NCBI RefSeq assembly: GCF_006345805.1
Contig: NC_043008.1
Location: 71,672,001 to 71,736,000, forward strand
Direction of reading: 5' to 3'
DNA from: Octopus sinensis
Lineage: Eukaryota
Length of the DNA stretch: 64,000 nucleotides
Shown here piece by piece: positions 10,352-22,880 of the stretch (positions within the stretch are counted from its first letter, which is position 1; each line of letters opens with the position of its first letter). Under the pieces are notes generated by a model. The model ran no database searches. It was not told where the DNA came from and was given only the letters and a program-made list of their open reading frames with translations. Made by a program: the position numbers and the translations under genes.

Positions 10352-10600
10352 GGAGGCGCGTGGCTTAGTTGTTAGGGTGTCAGCACCATGATCGTAAGAT
10401 TTTGGTTTCGATTCCTGGACCGGACGACGCGTTGTGTTCTTGAACAAAACACTTCAATTCACATTGCTTCAGTTTACTCAGCTAGCAAAAATGAATAACG
10501 CTCTGATGGAGTGGCGTCCCGTCCTGCTGGGGAACACATACGCCATAGAAGCCGGGAAACTGGGCTCATGAGCTTGGCTAGTATTTAAAAGGGCGCATTT
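10352..10600 (+). mobile_element. tRNA-derived SINE with CORE-like domain
   Basis: GGCTTAGTTGTTAGGG (A-box) and GGTTTCGATTCCTGG (B-box), followed by TTGTGTTCTTGAACAAAACACTT, similar to the CORE-SINE domain. Confidence 0.75.
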
Positions 10601-10829
10601 AATATTTTTAATTTTATTTTCGTTGATTTTAATCTATGTTGCAGTTTGATTATAATGTTATTTTTTTCTCAACTGGATTGTATTTCCATTGTTATATATC
10701 TACATTGTCTCCTGGCAATACTGAGTTAAAGGCATTCTCTGATTTATGGATTTCGTGAGCTATTCATAGGTCCTTTAAATATTGTGATACTCACATTATG
10801 TTATAGTAATATTCCTTTTATCTTCTTGT

Positions 10830-11068
10830 TGCAGTCATTAGACAGTAGCCATGCTGAGGTAACACCTTGTTGAATTTTAGTCGAATACATCGACATCGGT
10901 ACTTATTTGTTTGTAAAAACTGATACTTACTCTATCGGCTCTTTTACCGACCCGTTAAGTTACGGAGATATAAACACACCAACACCGGTTCTCAAGCCGG
11001 TGGTGGGGACAATCAAATACAAAAACACACACACATACTTAAATTCATATACATACATACATACATGC

Positions 11069-11131
<63 letters not shown>

Positions 11132-11262
11132 CGAAAGGATTCTTTCAGTTTTCGACCACCAAATTCACTCACAAAGCTTTTGTGAGCCCGAGACTATAGC
11201 AGAAAACACTTGGCAGTCACATAGTGGGACTAGACCCAGATTTATGTACTTGGTAAGCCACC
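10830..11262 (-). mobile_element. Composite SINE: tRNA/CORE head + internal microsatellite + tail
   Basis: Head at 11135-11262, CA/TA tract at about 11025-11130, tail at 10830-11025. The same three-part order recurs at 37322-37700. Confidence 0.7.
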
Positions 11263-12082
11263 CGGGTGCTTTAAATAATCAGAAATTATTTCATAATCTT
11301 TAAATTACTTTTTTTTATTATGGTAATAAATATTTTCCATTGTGTCATTTATATCAATCTTTGAAGCGAAACCATAATTTGGTCACAATCAAAACAGGAT
11401 TGACAAATTTGCTAGAGATTGGATAATATTATTCTCAATTATTTTTTAATACAAACCTCATCCTGTTTATCTTCCAGGAAACAGGAAGGGCATTTATGTT
11501 ATTATTGGCGCTCTTTCTGTGTTTCCTTCTGTATTCTATTGATTTATTTTCTCTATATTTCCACACATTCCCCACCGGCCATGTTACATTATCTATGCTA
11601 TCAGTTTGTCAACATAGTTTGCGAGAATTATTAAGGAATTCAATACTTTAGGCTATAAAAGGCATAGATGAAAGTAAAAAACCGACACTGCAAAGGATTT
11701 TATTCATAAGTTTACGTTATGTATTTCATCTGGTATTTCATTTTATTTTTCCAACTAACATTTCCTTATACATCGAGAAAACCTTACCATATTAATCTAC
11801 ATTTTTGTCTTTTAGTCACCTCATATATTTTTCTATATAAGAAAACACAGAAAAAAAAAGACCCCAAAATCTCTACCACGCTAAATTCAGTATCATATAA
11901 CAGATTAAACAATTCAGCATTCTCAATTTACGAACCTTCTGGAATCGTATGCGACATTTATAATTCAGAAGTACATCTCATTTATATCATGGAAGTGGAT
12001 GAGATAAATGTAATATATACACAACAATTAAATCACATCCAGATATGTGTGTTTGTCCGTGGGTACGTGCGTGTATGTGTGT

Positions 12083-12123
<41 letters not shown>

Positions 12124-12151
12124 TGTGTGCGTGCGTGTGTGCGCGCATGTA

Positions 12152-12637
12152 TTCACGGTGTCCATAAAAGCATGGTGCAATGTTACACAGTTACTTTTTA
12201 CCTAAGCTTAAACAATCAGAATTGATAGAGAATACAGGTTTTCAACAAAGTGGTGCACCTTTACTCTAGAAGCTATTCAATTTCTGAATGACAAATTCCC
12301 AAACATAAGGATTGGAAAAAGTGAACCATTATTTAAGCCTCCAATTTGGCCAGATTTGAATCCATAGTATACCTTTTTGTGGGGATACAATAACAGTATT
12401 TTTTATTCAACTAAGCCTCAACCTGTTATTGAAGGTTTCACTGAAAATCAGCTGGAATATGTTTTCCGAGAAATAAAGAACCATATTCCTCTTTGTATTA
12501 GTAATGACTGTGGACATGTTGAAAATTAACACGGCGAATAAAAATAATTGGTCATTTTGATTTCTCATCTTTCTTAGAGATTAATTCTATCATGTATAGT
12601 ATTTTAAATTGCACCATAACCTATTGGACACCTTGTG
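12152..12637 (+). mobile_element. Internally deleted Tc1/mariner-superfamily DNA transposon
   Basis: Imperfect 30-bp TIRs (12152-12181 / 12608-12637; GGTGTCCA...ATGGTGCAAT) flanked by TA. The internal remnant translates FQQSGAP...AIQFLNDKFP.IRIGK...PPIWPDLNP*YTFLWGY (compare FQQDGAP and WPPRSPDL.P.DFFLWGY). Confidence 0.8.
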
Positions 12638-12929
12638 TATACATATGTATGTGTGTATGTATACAGTGTATGTGTTTGTCCATGTGTGCGTGTGAGTGCA
12701 TATATACATATATATTATATATATGTATGTATATGTATATATATATATGTGTGTGTGTGTGTATGTATATATGTATATCTATGTATATATGAATATATAC
12801 AAATATATATATGAATATGTATGTATATACAGATATATATATATATTTATATATATATATATATACATATATATGTGTATATATATGTATATATAAATTT
12901 TTATTACGGTTTTTTTTGTTTTTTTTTTC

Positions 12930-14085
12930 TTGCTGTCACATGCCTTTCAGACATCAGATGATGGAGTGTTTCTGCACAGTAGAAGTGACGGGAAATTGTT
13001 CAATCTCTCGCGCCTGCGTGCCAAGACCAAAATCAGAAACGTCCTGATCAAGGAGATGTTATTTGCTGATGATGCCGCTCTGGTAACACACACAGAAGAA
13101 GCCCTCCAAAGGCTCATTAACTGTTTTGAGCAAGCATGTAACGACTTTGGCTTAGCTATCAGCCTTAAGAAGACCAACATCATGGGCCAGGCTACATCGG
13201 ACATCCCAAACATACATATTGGAGACCACAGATTACAAGAGGTGGAGAAGTTTACCTATCTGAGCTCTACCGTCACCTACAACCTATCCATTGACGCTGA
13301 GCTCAATATACGCATTGGCAAAGCAGCTGCTGCGATGGCCCAACTCTCCAAACGGGCTTGGGACAACAATAAGCTGACCAAGACCACAAAAATGAAGATC
13401 TACCAGGCATGTGTACTCAGCACTCTACTGTATGGAAGCGAGACCTGGACGCTATACACACGCCAAGAGCGTCGCCTAAACATCTTTCACCTGCGCTGCC
13501 TCCGAAAAATCCTCCACATCAAATGGCAGAATCATATCCCCAACAAAGATGTCCTCAGGCAAGCAGGAATACCAAGCATGTTTGCACTCCTCACACAAAG
13601 ACGTATGAGATGGCTTGGGCATGTTAGCCGTATGAAAGATGGCAGAATCCCCAAGGACATACTCTACGGAGAGCTTGCTAGGGGTACTAGGTCTGTGGGT
13701 AGACCGATCTTACGTTACAAGGATGTTTGCAAAAGGGATATGAAGGCCTGCAACATCAACATTAGCGGTTGGTAGGCAGTCGCCGGCAACCGTGGAGAAT
13801 GGCGACGTACAGTAAAAGAGGGTATACAGAGGAGTGACAGAAAGAGAGAGGAGAAATGGAAAGAAAGGAAGAGACATAAACAAGAGACCATGGCACTACA
13901 ACCAGCCAGGAACAGTCTTCGCTACATTTGCAGTACCTGCCAGAGGGAGTGTTTGTCCAGGATAGGACTACACAGCCACAGCAAGAAATGTAACAGGAAA
14001 TAAAATATAACAGTCAGACTAGACCTAGAAAAGAAAAAAAAAAATGCGCAACTCCATTGTCTCCCGAGACAGAAAGGATGCCAAA
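12930..14085 (+). mobile_element. 5'-truncated RTE-clade LINE (RT C-terminal half plus terminal C2H2-like motif)
   Basis: 281-aa ORF 12930-13775 with LFADDAAL, LLYGSETWT and MRWLGHVSRM. After one in-frame TAG (13773-13775) the frame continues to CSTCQRECLSRIGLHSHSKKC and TAA at 14001-14003. The 3' UTR ends CCATTGTCTCCCGAGACAGAAAGGATGCC. Confidence 0.93.
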
Positions 14086-14176
14086 CCAATATGTATATAT
14101 ATAAATATTTACATATATATTTAATTATATATATATCTATATATACACATAAGTATAAACACACATACGGGCATCC

Positions 14177-14229
<53 letters not shown>

Positions 14230-14555
14230 GTATATATGAATGAATGTATGTATGTATGTATTGTTTCTCTTATCACAATCAGTGAAATGCTTGTCACTTC
14301 ACATTCAAATCGCTGTGTGCTAGAAACGGGAGAAGCTCACTTCAACATCTGCAAAGCTCAACTCTAATTTTCTTCATATCGGCAGTTATCATTCAAATGT
14401 TGTGGTATATATTATCCCTTATACATACCCAAATACATCTTGCCCTTTTGCACATATAAAAAACAATGGTAACGTTAGATTTTAGAAATTCTATAATGAA
14501 AAACCAAAATACACTGTGATTTTATTCCAGTAATCAATACTCGAATTTATATGCA

Positions 14556-14556
<1 letters not shown>

Positions 14557-14644
<88 letters not shown>

Positions 14645-14650
14645 ATCTAT
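14557..14650. repeat. (TCTA)n microsatellite
   Basis: About 20 near-perfect TCTA units. Confidence 0.95.
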
Positions 14651-14907
14651 CGAGCTATATATATATACAAAATATGGGGGTTTAGTTGACTGATGATCCA
14701 AACGATTAGGTACACTTGGTAAGTGCTATAACGGATGACTAGGGGTCCAATGTTGTAGTCGAGATGACAGTTATGGAGCCATTGTAGATATGCGATGCAA
14801 TGGATATATAATTGTTAAAGAAGACAACAAACATTAATGCAAGGCAAACATCTCAAGTCTCATGAAAAAATAAAGTCTTACAGCTGTTTCTGTGATATCC
14901 CCGAGTA

Positions 14908-14962
<55 letters not shown>

Positions 14963-14993
14963 ATATATATGTATATTTATATGTATATCTATA

Positions 14994-15094
<101 letters not shown>

Positions 15095-15589
15095 CGTGGA
15101 GAGAGAGAGTGACAGAGAGAGTAGATGAGGAGTTTTCCTCAGGTTGACGCATCTAATAGGTATGCGTTCTGTGTCCTCAAATATGTGTGCCACCAAAATT
15201 CTAGTTACAACAGCGGTTGAAGTTGGCATGTGATTGTCTAGTTAAATGACTTTAAATGACGTCTAGAGGTGACTCCTTGATGATATAGTAGGTATATGTT
15301 AATGTAGTGAGGAAAGCCAAAGAACTAGACGATGCAGGACAAGGTCATTTAATGTCATTTCATTCAATCTGGAATTTAGCTACATAAAGAATGATAAATA
15401 TACTATAATATATGTGTGTGTGGGTGTGTATATGTATGTCTGTGTGTTTAGGTATGTATGTATATATACACGTATATATAGTTTACGCTTCTATTATAGT
15501 GAGCTCTAGGTGTGAATAACGATTGATAGTTTCTTTCATATTGGGGAATTGTTATTGGGCACCTGATGAGCAATTATATCTCATCCCAC

Positions 15590-15952
15590 ATCTAGATCGT
15601 CCCATAGGACGCCCCAAGACCGTTTCTACTCGTTTTCCCCATTCATCTCGATCTTCCATAATCGTCCTCAGCTCCTGTACTCCTTCCATACCAGTATTAT
15701 CCAGCATGTTGTCGATATAGGTCGTCTTCCTGCTTCCTCTCTTGGTTCTTCCTTCTGTTGGTTGCCAGAGCACTAGCTTGTTAGCAATTTCATCGTCGTG
15801 TCTGATGCAGTGTCCAGCTAACCTCATCCTTCAATGCTGTATCTTCAATGTTACTTTTGGTAGTCCCTGGTATAAGTCGACGTTTGTGGTATGACTCTTC
15901 CAGGAGACATTCAGCGCCATTCTAAGCAACCTGTTATAACAAGCGTCCATCT
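15590..15952 (-). mobile_element. 3' fragment of a second RTE-clade LINE
   Basis: Translates ..RLLRMALNVSWKSH.TN.DLY.GLPKV...RMRLAGHCIRH...KLVLWQP.EGR.KRG.RK.TYID..., typical of an RTE C-terminus. Confidence 0.85.
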
Positions 15953-16201
15953 ATATGTATACGCAATTGTGCATATTTGTATGATATACGCATAAATATA
16001 GAAATGTTAATGTGTATACATACACACACGTACACACACACAAACACACACATATATACATATATACATGTATACATACGCATACACATATATGAATAGC
16101 TATAGAGATAGATACATAAAAATATGAATGTATATATATATGTGTGTGTGTGTACATTTATGATTTATTTTTATATACTCATATTCTCGTGAGCATATGT
16201 A

Positions 16202-16250
<49 letters not shown>

Positions 16251-16339
16251 TATATACACATGCCCATAGACACACTGGCACACACACATACCCTGTAAGT
16301 TCGTTTACAGGAAACGCTTTGAATATGCATATAACGGAT

Positions 16340-16819
16340 ATTTTATTATGCCGGCTACAACCTAATGATGTCAACTGGCAATAGCAGTTTTTGTGGTCGT
16401 TCCGAGCTGTACCGATATAATGAATTCATTGAGGAAACATACTATCAATATGGTCGAACCCAAAACTATACTACTCATCCTGAAATCTGCATTCTCAAAT
16501 ATCAACATAAGTCCAACACACCTCCATCTCCTTACAACTACCATTCCTTTCTCCTGTTTTTATCACATTCTGCTGCTCCTCACCAAATACACACAGAAAT
16601 GCCCACATGCCCTAATTAACACCTTCATTTCAGTTAAACATCCGTTAATGTCATATCGCCTAAAGAAATGCATATGTGTACATGATCTACCAAATGTCCA
16701 TGGATACTACGAACTGTATTGTAATCATCCTAGGAATACAGACTACGATCGTAAGGGACACGTGATTTGTAGAAACGTGCCTGCTGATGCATTAAAATAT
16801 TCCTAAATTCCATCAGTGG

Positions 16820-16870
<51 letters not shown>
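16340..16870 (+). mobile_element. Possible decayed CR1/L2-like LINE 3' end with (ATT)n tail
   Basis: The ORF end ...HPRNTDYDRKGHVICRNVPADALKYS resembles CR1/L2 C-termini and is followed by (ATT)n. Weak similarity only. Confidence 0.3.
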
Positions 16871-16881
<11 letters not shown>

Positions 16882-17471
16882 ATAAATATATATTTTGGTA
16901 TATATTATCGTACATGTATACATTGATAACACCCACACTCATATATCTCTTCATATCTTTTATTACATAATACTTATATTACAAGATGAAAGTATATACT
17001 TAAAAAAAACACATCGCAAAAAATTAAGCAAAACAATTGATAACAGGATAATTCTACGACACTGTACAACACGATAATATATAATACAATTGTGATATGG
17101 TTTACTGTCATTCTTGTCTATACAATAAACAGCAATAACCAATTCGTATGTAATTATCTTTACACATTAACTACTTGATATCCTTCCGATTCGCTCTCTG
17201 TCAAGTCCAAATATGTTATTAGTTTCTGTAATATTAGAGTGATGTTGTCATTTTTACTGTTCAGTTATTTTAAACTGCTCTCTTTTATTTTTATTAATTT
17301 TCTTGTCTTACTAATCTGTAATTATATGTATTTCTACTCTATTTTATTTTTATATTGATTCTTGGTCCCAACATTTACATTTTCATTCTAATTCTCCTGC
17401 AATTTTTATTCATATCCTTACATCTCCTCTATTATTAATTTCTGCTTTGCGCTTTATCCATTTGAACACAT

Positions 17472-17504
17472 GAAGAAGAAGACGAAGAAGAAGAAGAAGA
17501 AGAA

Positions 17505-17558
<54 letters not shown>

Positions 17559-17579
17559 ATGAAATAACAATAATAATAA

Positions 17580-17660
<81 letters not shown>
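17472..17660. repeat. Compound microsatellite (GAA)n(GAT)n(AAT)n
   Basis: Directly visible. Confidence 0.95.
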
Positions 17661-17661
<1 letters not shown>

Positions 17662-17849
17662 TCGTTTAATAACCACAGTGCTCAACAAACATGGCGACAC
17701 CGGCTGCTGGAGTGAAATCGTGAAATTCTAAAAGTAATCTGTAAACATGGGAATCGCAAAAGAAAAGTTAAATCTTGAATCAAAGAATAATTCCTTAACG
17801 AGGAGGAGACTTATCGTATCCTAGTAATTGAAATCCCAGAAATACTACA

Positions 17850-19120
17850 CTTTTCCAGGACCCTAGTTGTCCCTGTCCTTGCTGCAGATGCGTATCCAGA
17901 AGGACAAGCGACACACATCCAATTGACTACAATCACCTCTCTCATTCACTTTTTAACAAATTTTCTCGGAGGCAGCATGTTCCCATCTATTCCCCACATT
18001 CCTTTTCGAGCCAAATTAAAGGATGTTGATGAAGGCGTGTTCGAAGTGTGAGTTCTCCCGCACTTTCAGTCTCATCTTCTTCATTGCCCGCTTACCTAAA
18101 ATCGTCAGATAAATAAGGATAGCCTGTTCGCAGCCAAAAAAATAAAATAAAATAAATGTCGAAGGCGGTTCTCATAATGGAATATCTGACAGCTAGATTC
18201 GTCGAACGTGTAGTAAAATCTGTTCAGCATAATTATAAATTGTAAGCAGTGCTCGTTCACTGGAAAACAACTTCCCTGACGTGAATACATCTCCGATAAG
18301 CCCGGCTGACGACACTTTCTACTCTGTAGTGTAATCGCAAACCGGTAATGTCTCTTTATTCTAGGCTAAGGGTTTGGAAATTATATATGGTTTCTGGCCC
18401 GGAATTTCTCCAAATTTCTCCGAAACAGACTAGTTCGTTTTCATCGATGCTTAGAATTTTTTTCAAAACCATCGCCGCTTTGACTGTAATTAATCCTCAG
18501 TAGAATACCACCATGGAATTTTCATCTGCCACATGACCTGATTTGTTGCTGGATATTTTTCACTTGACTCCAAGAAACCTGTCTTTATCATTCCATGGAC
18601 AGAGCTTCTGAACTATTAAAATAACGAACTGTGACTAATGCACAGTGACCATAAATGTTCATGGTGAAGGAAATTCCGTGTATGTTACAGCATTAGAGTG
18701 TGCCTAGGCAGGGTTAAGCATCCAAACGGTGGCTATTTAAGAAGATATAACCCTTGGAAAGTGCAACTTAAAGACGATAAAGTAAACAGTGTAAGACAAT
18801 TTATCCTATGTTCTATCAATTATGTTAATAATGTAAGCAAAATATATTGTTTGTATTGTAGAGTTGTGGACTAAAACAATACTAACTCCCAGTATATGAC
18901 TGGTAAAAATTTGAATATTATTTTGTCGTGACATTCCAAAGTTGACATATTCACTTTTGAGCAGGGAACGTCAGGGAAGAGACCTAAAAACAATGCTTCA
19001 AAACACTTATGAAGCACATTACAAAGCAAAGGTTCATGTCTACTGCCATTCTCATTAACAGCAATAACTACAACAAATATCGCATAGCCACTAGCACCAA
19101 CACTAGTATCTGATGACAAA
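17850..19120 (-). pseudogene. Probable ancient piggyBac-like transposase fossil, internally deleted
   Basis: Ordered minus-strand peptides WELVLF, KDRFLGV, ILSIDE, PYIISKP, LAVRYSIMR and PRKFVKK*MREV match the order of piggyBac motifs (SRNRF, TIDE, QYIPSKP, YS..R, SRRKF). Many stops; no TIR found. Confidence 0.4.
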
Positions 19121-20109
19121 AATTACTTAGAATAAAAAATAAAGGCCACGATTTAAAATATGAAACCATTTCTGTTGTGGTTTTCATATATCCCAAATAT
19201 ATTTGCAATCACTATAATGTGTGAACGATATAACAAGATCTTAATACAATTTTTTTACTCGAGAAATTTGATTGAAATTTGTATTTCTCGCTTGTGTAAT
19301 TCTGTTGCTTGCCTCTATTTTAGGAGTACGTATTAAAAAAATGTTTCCTTGACGTTTATCTCATAACTACGGTTAAGTTGTATTGTCTTTCGGGTATTAT
19401 GACAGCTGGTTTTGTTACTGGTTTCATTACAGTGTACATCACATGACAGATTTTTAACTGGTATATTCACTATATTATCAATGTTCATGTTGGTTTTGTT
19501 GGAAATATTCGTGCTATTTCTAGAATTGTAATCCAAAACATAAGAAATTGATATTATCTGAAGGAGGAAGTTGGTTGCCACTCCCGTTGTCAACATTGTT
19601 GCTTGCAGTAAAATACTTTCTAACATAAAAGTAGAGACAAATAACAAAGAACATAATTCACTGAATAGAGAATACATACATACATACATACATACATACA
19701 TAAATACATACATATATACATACATATATACGTACATACATACATACACAGATGTAATTAAGTTCTCTTATAATTCGTTGCTACTAATAAACAGCGTAAA
19801 CACAACAATCTTACTTGCTTTAGAAAAAATAAATATTATTAGAGATGAAAGAAGAGTAAATTCAAGACACGACTTTCCGCGTAAAAGTCCAATAACGATA
19901 AAAACAATAACAATAACAATGAAAATGATGATAACTATTACGACGACGACGACGACGATGATGTGGGTGGTAGTGATTGTGGTGGTGCTGCTGCTGGTGA
20001 TGATAATGATGAGGTGGATGACTATTTCTTTATTAGACATGGTTCAAATTTTAAGTATGGCGTTTAAATACTTGATACCAAATATATATAACATTAACGT
20101 GTTAAGATC

Positions 20110-20450
20110 CCTAGACTGAAGATTTACTCCTGATGGCGAATCAAGGAAATTCTACAAAACCCTAATGACTTATTTTTAAGAGTTAGTACTTCTTCTCACA
20201 GTTTCCTTTCATGGGCTGTAATCGGATGGCCAGAATTGTCCCGTTTACAGGTATCAAACCTTCTAGCAATATGTCGGTCGATGGAGTTTGAACATCTTTT
20301 GCTGAATACATTTGTTCAAGGTATTTCCAAACCAACTTCTGCAGAAAGTTGTTATTTATCGAAGCAGCTTCAATGCTTCCTGTAAATTTGTAACTTTGTA
20401 AGTCATCGAAATTTCGTATGATGCCGACGTGACATCAAAATATAAACAAT
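20110..20450 (-). pseudogene. Possible decayed Tc1/mariner transposase N-terminal remnant
   Basis: Weak peptide resemblance only; multiple stops. Confidence 0.2.
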
Positions 20451-20863
20451 CAAATAATTAACTTCCTGAGTAACACTTCAATGTTACACATAGGTAATTA
20501 AAGAAGAACTATATTGTAACCTATTTAAATGTATTTTCAACTTGAGCTATAATCTTTTTATTATCTATGTAAAACGCTTCAATATATTTTGTGGTAAATA
20601 ATTAGAATTTTTGACAGAGAGGGTGAAAGAGAAAATATCCGACACACAAACACACACACACACACACACCTGTGCACACGCACAGACCTACGCACACACT
20701 CACACAAATGAGATTAATTTCTTAACCTTTTATTGTATTTCAGTAAAATTTTAATTTTCACAATTTATCAGTTTACTCAGTGGATTACAATAAATATTAA
20801 AATAGCCGTAGCGATATAATAGATTTATAATTAATGGAAACACTTGAAGCAAATTCAAATATG

Positions 20864-20922
<59 letters not shown>

Positions 20923-20923
20923 A

Positions 20924-20972
<49 letters not shown>

Positions 20973-20984
20973 GCCTAACATGAC

Positions 20985-21240
20985 GTGTATGAAAACAAAA
21001 ATAAGAAACCATTGACCATGTGGTCTCCATGTGAAGTCTTCTTGTGCCTATTGAGTATCTCAAAAGGCATGATAAAGCAACTCAGTATATTCACAGGGTA
21101 ATTTGCATTAGCCTGGACCTGCCCCGCGATAAAAAAATCTGGTAGGAATACAGATCACCCCCAGTGCTTGAAAATGACCACATCTCACTGACAGGAAGAT
21201 AGATGCGAATAGGCCAGACATTATATTGGAAGCCTTCAGA
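20985..21240 (+). mobile_element. Short R4/Dong-like LINE fragment between (AAT)n tracts
   Basis: DNA-level match to 35750-36010 (AAAAGGCATGATA...CACCCCCAGTGC.TGAAAATGA.CACATCTCACT...GATAGATGC.AATAGGCCAGACA). Confidence 0.8.
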
Positions 21241-21283
21241 CAACAACAACAAAAGTAACAACAACAATAACAATAACTATAAT

Positions 21284-21333
<50 letters not shown>

Positions 21334-21340
21334 TAATAAT

Positions 21341-21862
21341 GCCCTGATGCGGTACAAGGCAGCGGCTGTCGTGAGTTCTCATCTCAGCTGATTGGATTTT
21401 ATAATGTATATTGGTGTGTCTTGATATAAAAGATATGCTACAGTATCTATTCTGCTCAGTAGCTCAGATGTACTTGTCAGTTGTTTGACCATAACTAGTT
21501 GAGCATGTCCCTAGGTGGCTGACAAAATGTGCATCTCTGATCGCGAGCAGATGTAGTGGAGGAGCATCATAGTCATGTATTGAGCGGAACAATTTGGGGT
21601 TTGATTAATCCACCTTTTGCAACATTGGTGTTTCAGTCAACATGCAAAAACAACTCACATTCAGGGTCCTTTTGAGCGGGATACGTTACTCGACCTGAAG
21701 AAAATTCTAACAAAGCCCCACCTGCAAGGTCATGTGGTGTTAATCTTGATATGAGATCACCACGTGATGCATGTGCCTAGTGTACCCTTATCAGACGGGT
21801 AGTCATGATGGGTATACTGGGCTTCGTCACCTTGATGGCCTGCACTTCTCTCTAACTCAGTA
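21341..21862 (+). mobile_element. Non-coding interspersed repeat that follows (AAT)n tracts (family F)
   Basis: Homologous segments at 22668-22733, 34993-35240 and 51222-52024, with shared GACCTGAAGAAAATTCTAAC...CCCCACCTGCAAGGTC and a 3' end GTCACTTTGATGGCATGCACTGCTCTCTCACTC(AAT)n. Confidence 0.8.
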
Positions 21863-21888
21863 ATCTGATATAATCATGAAAGTATTGA

Positions 21889-21927
<39 letters not shown>

Positions 21928-22667
21928 TATATATGTGTGGGTGTTTGTCGAAAATCACGGAGTAGGAAGGAGTAGGAGAAAGTAGTATAAGTGAAAGGAA
22001 AGGAGAGAAAATAGTAATTCAATGAAGAAGTAGTGAGTGTAATAGCTTTGACTGAAAGGGAGTGAGAGAAAATAATAGCAATGAGAGCGAGAGCGTCGTG
22101 ACAAAGAGAGCGTCGTGTATCTTCTACTACGTGACGTTTTCTTCGTCACAACATATGAATGAGAATGGAAGGGATGATAGATGAATAAGGACGAAAGGGA
22201 TGAAGAAATCAAACATCGTTTCAACTTTGTGTGAGTTAACATATGTATGTGTGGGCGAGTACAATGGAATTATATGTTATGTGTTATATTTGTATGTGTT
22301 ATCCAGCGTTGTTTCAGTAACAAACGATGATCGATGTCACATCTTAAAAGACAACCAATAACATTGACATAGGTGTTCATTTGAACTACCATCCATATTC
22401 TATATGTTTTGTTAAAAATAATTATTACAATCACACACCTCTACACAAACATATACAGATACAAACTCCTTAGAGAATATAATTATTGCCTGAGAGTATC
22501 AAGAATATAAAACGAGTGCAATTGCAAAGTATATCATAAATACTCATTGAACGGTTCATGCATATGCCTAATTTATTTATATCAAGAATTTTATATAACA
22601 AATTTTGAATAGGGAGTTTTTAAAACATCGCCAATAAGTCAAAAGAAGTCATGATAGGTTTACTGGG

Positions 22668-22733
22668 CTTTGTATATTTTATCCCAGTGTGACTTTGATG
22701 GCATGCACTGCTCTCTCACTCAATAATAATAAT
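22668..22733 (+). mobile_element. Family F 3' terminus plus (AAT)n
   Basis: TATATTTTATCCCAGTGTGACTTTGATGGCATGCACTGCTCTCTCACTCAATAATAAT. Confidence 0.75.
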
Positions 22734-22880
22734 AACATCGAAAAATACCTTAGGAATGAGAACCCAGGTTCGAAATTTCCCCCAAGACATCTGATGCAGG
22801 CTGGAGGGTATATCAGCCAGAACTTTCTGTTAACCAACAAGATTGAGGACAAATATCCGTCAAATGTAAATAATGTAACT
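22734..22880 (+). mobile_element. Headless body of the hammerhead-bearing SINE (family H4)
   Basis: Colinear with 54551-54700: AACATCGAAAAATACCTTAGGAATGAGAACCCAGGTTCGAAATTTCCCC...GAGGACAAATATCCGTCAAATGTAAATAAT. Confidence 0.85.
22786..22830 (+). ncRNA. Degenerate hammerhead motif (family H4)
   Basis: GACAT-CTGATGC-A-GGCTG-GAGGGTATAT-CAGCC-AGAAC... Helix II is intact but the core is mutated. Confidence 0.45.

Noticed and set aside
13066-13072. CTGATGA inside the RTE ORF
   Set aside because: It is the coding sequence of the FADD motif; the rest of a hammerhead is absent.
15555-15605. CTGATGA...TAGATCGTC near the end of the minus-strand RTE
   Set aside because: No GAAA, poor helices, and it overlaps the LINE 3' end.
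18300-18350. CTGACGA...GCAAACCGGTA hammerhead-like string
   Set aside because: GAAA is disrupted and helix I cannot form.
18490-19035. Apparent plus-strand mini-exons (IRVCLGRVKHPNGG..., CRDIPKLTYSLL...)
   Set aside because: In-frame stops and no recognisable product; the minus strand fits a piggyBac fossil better.
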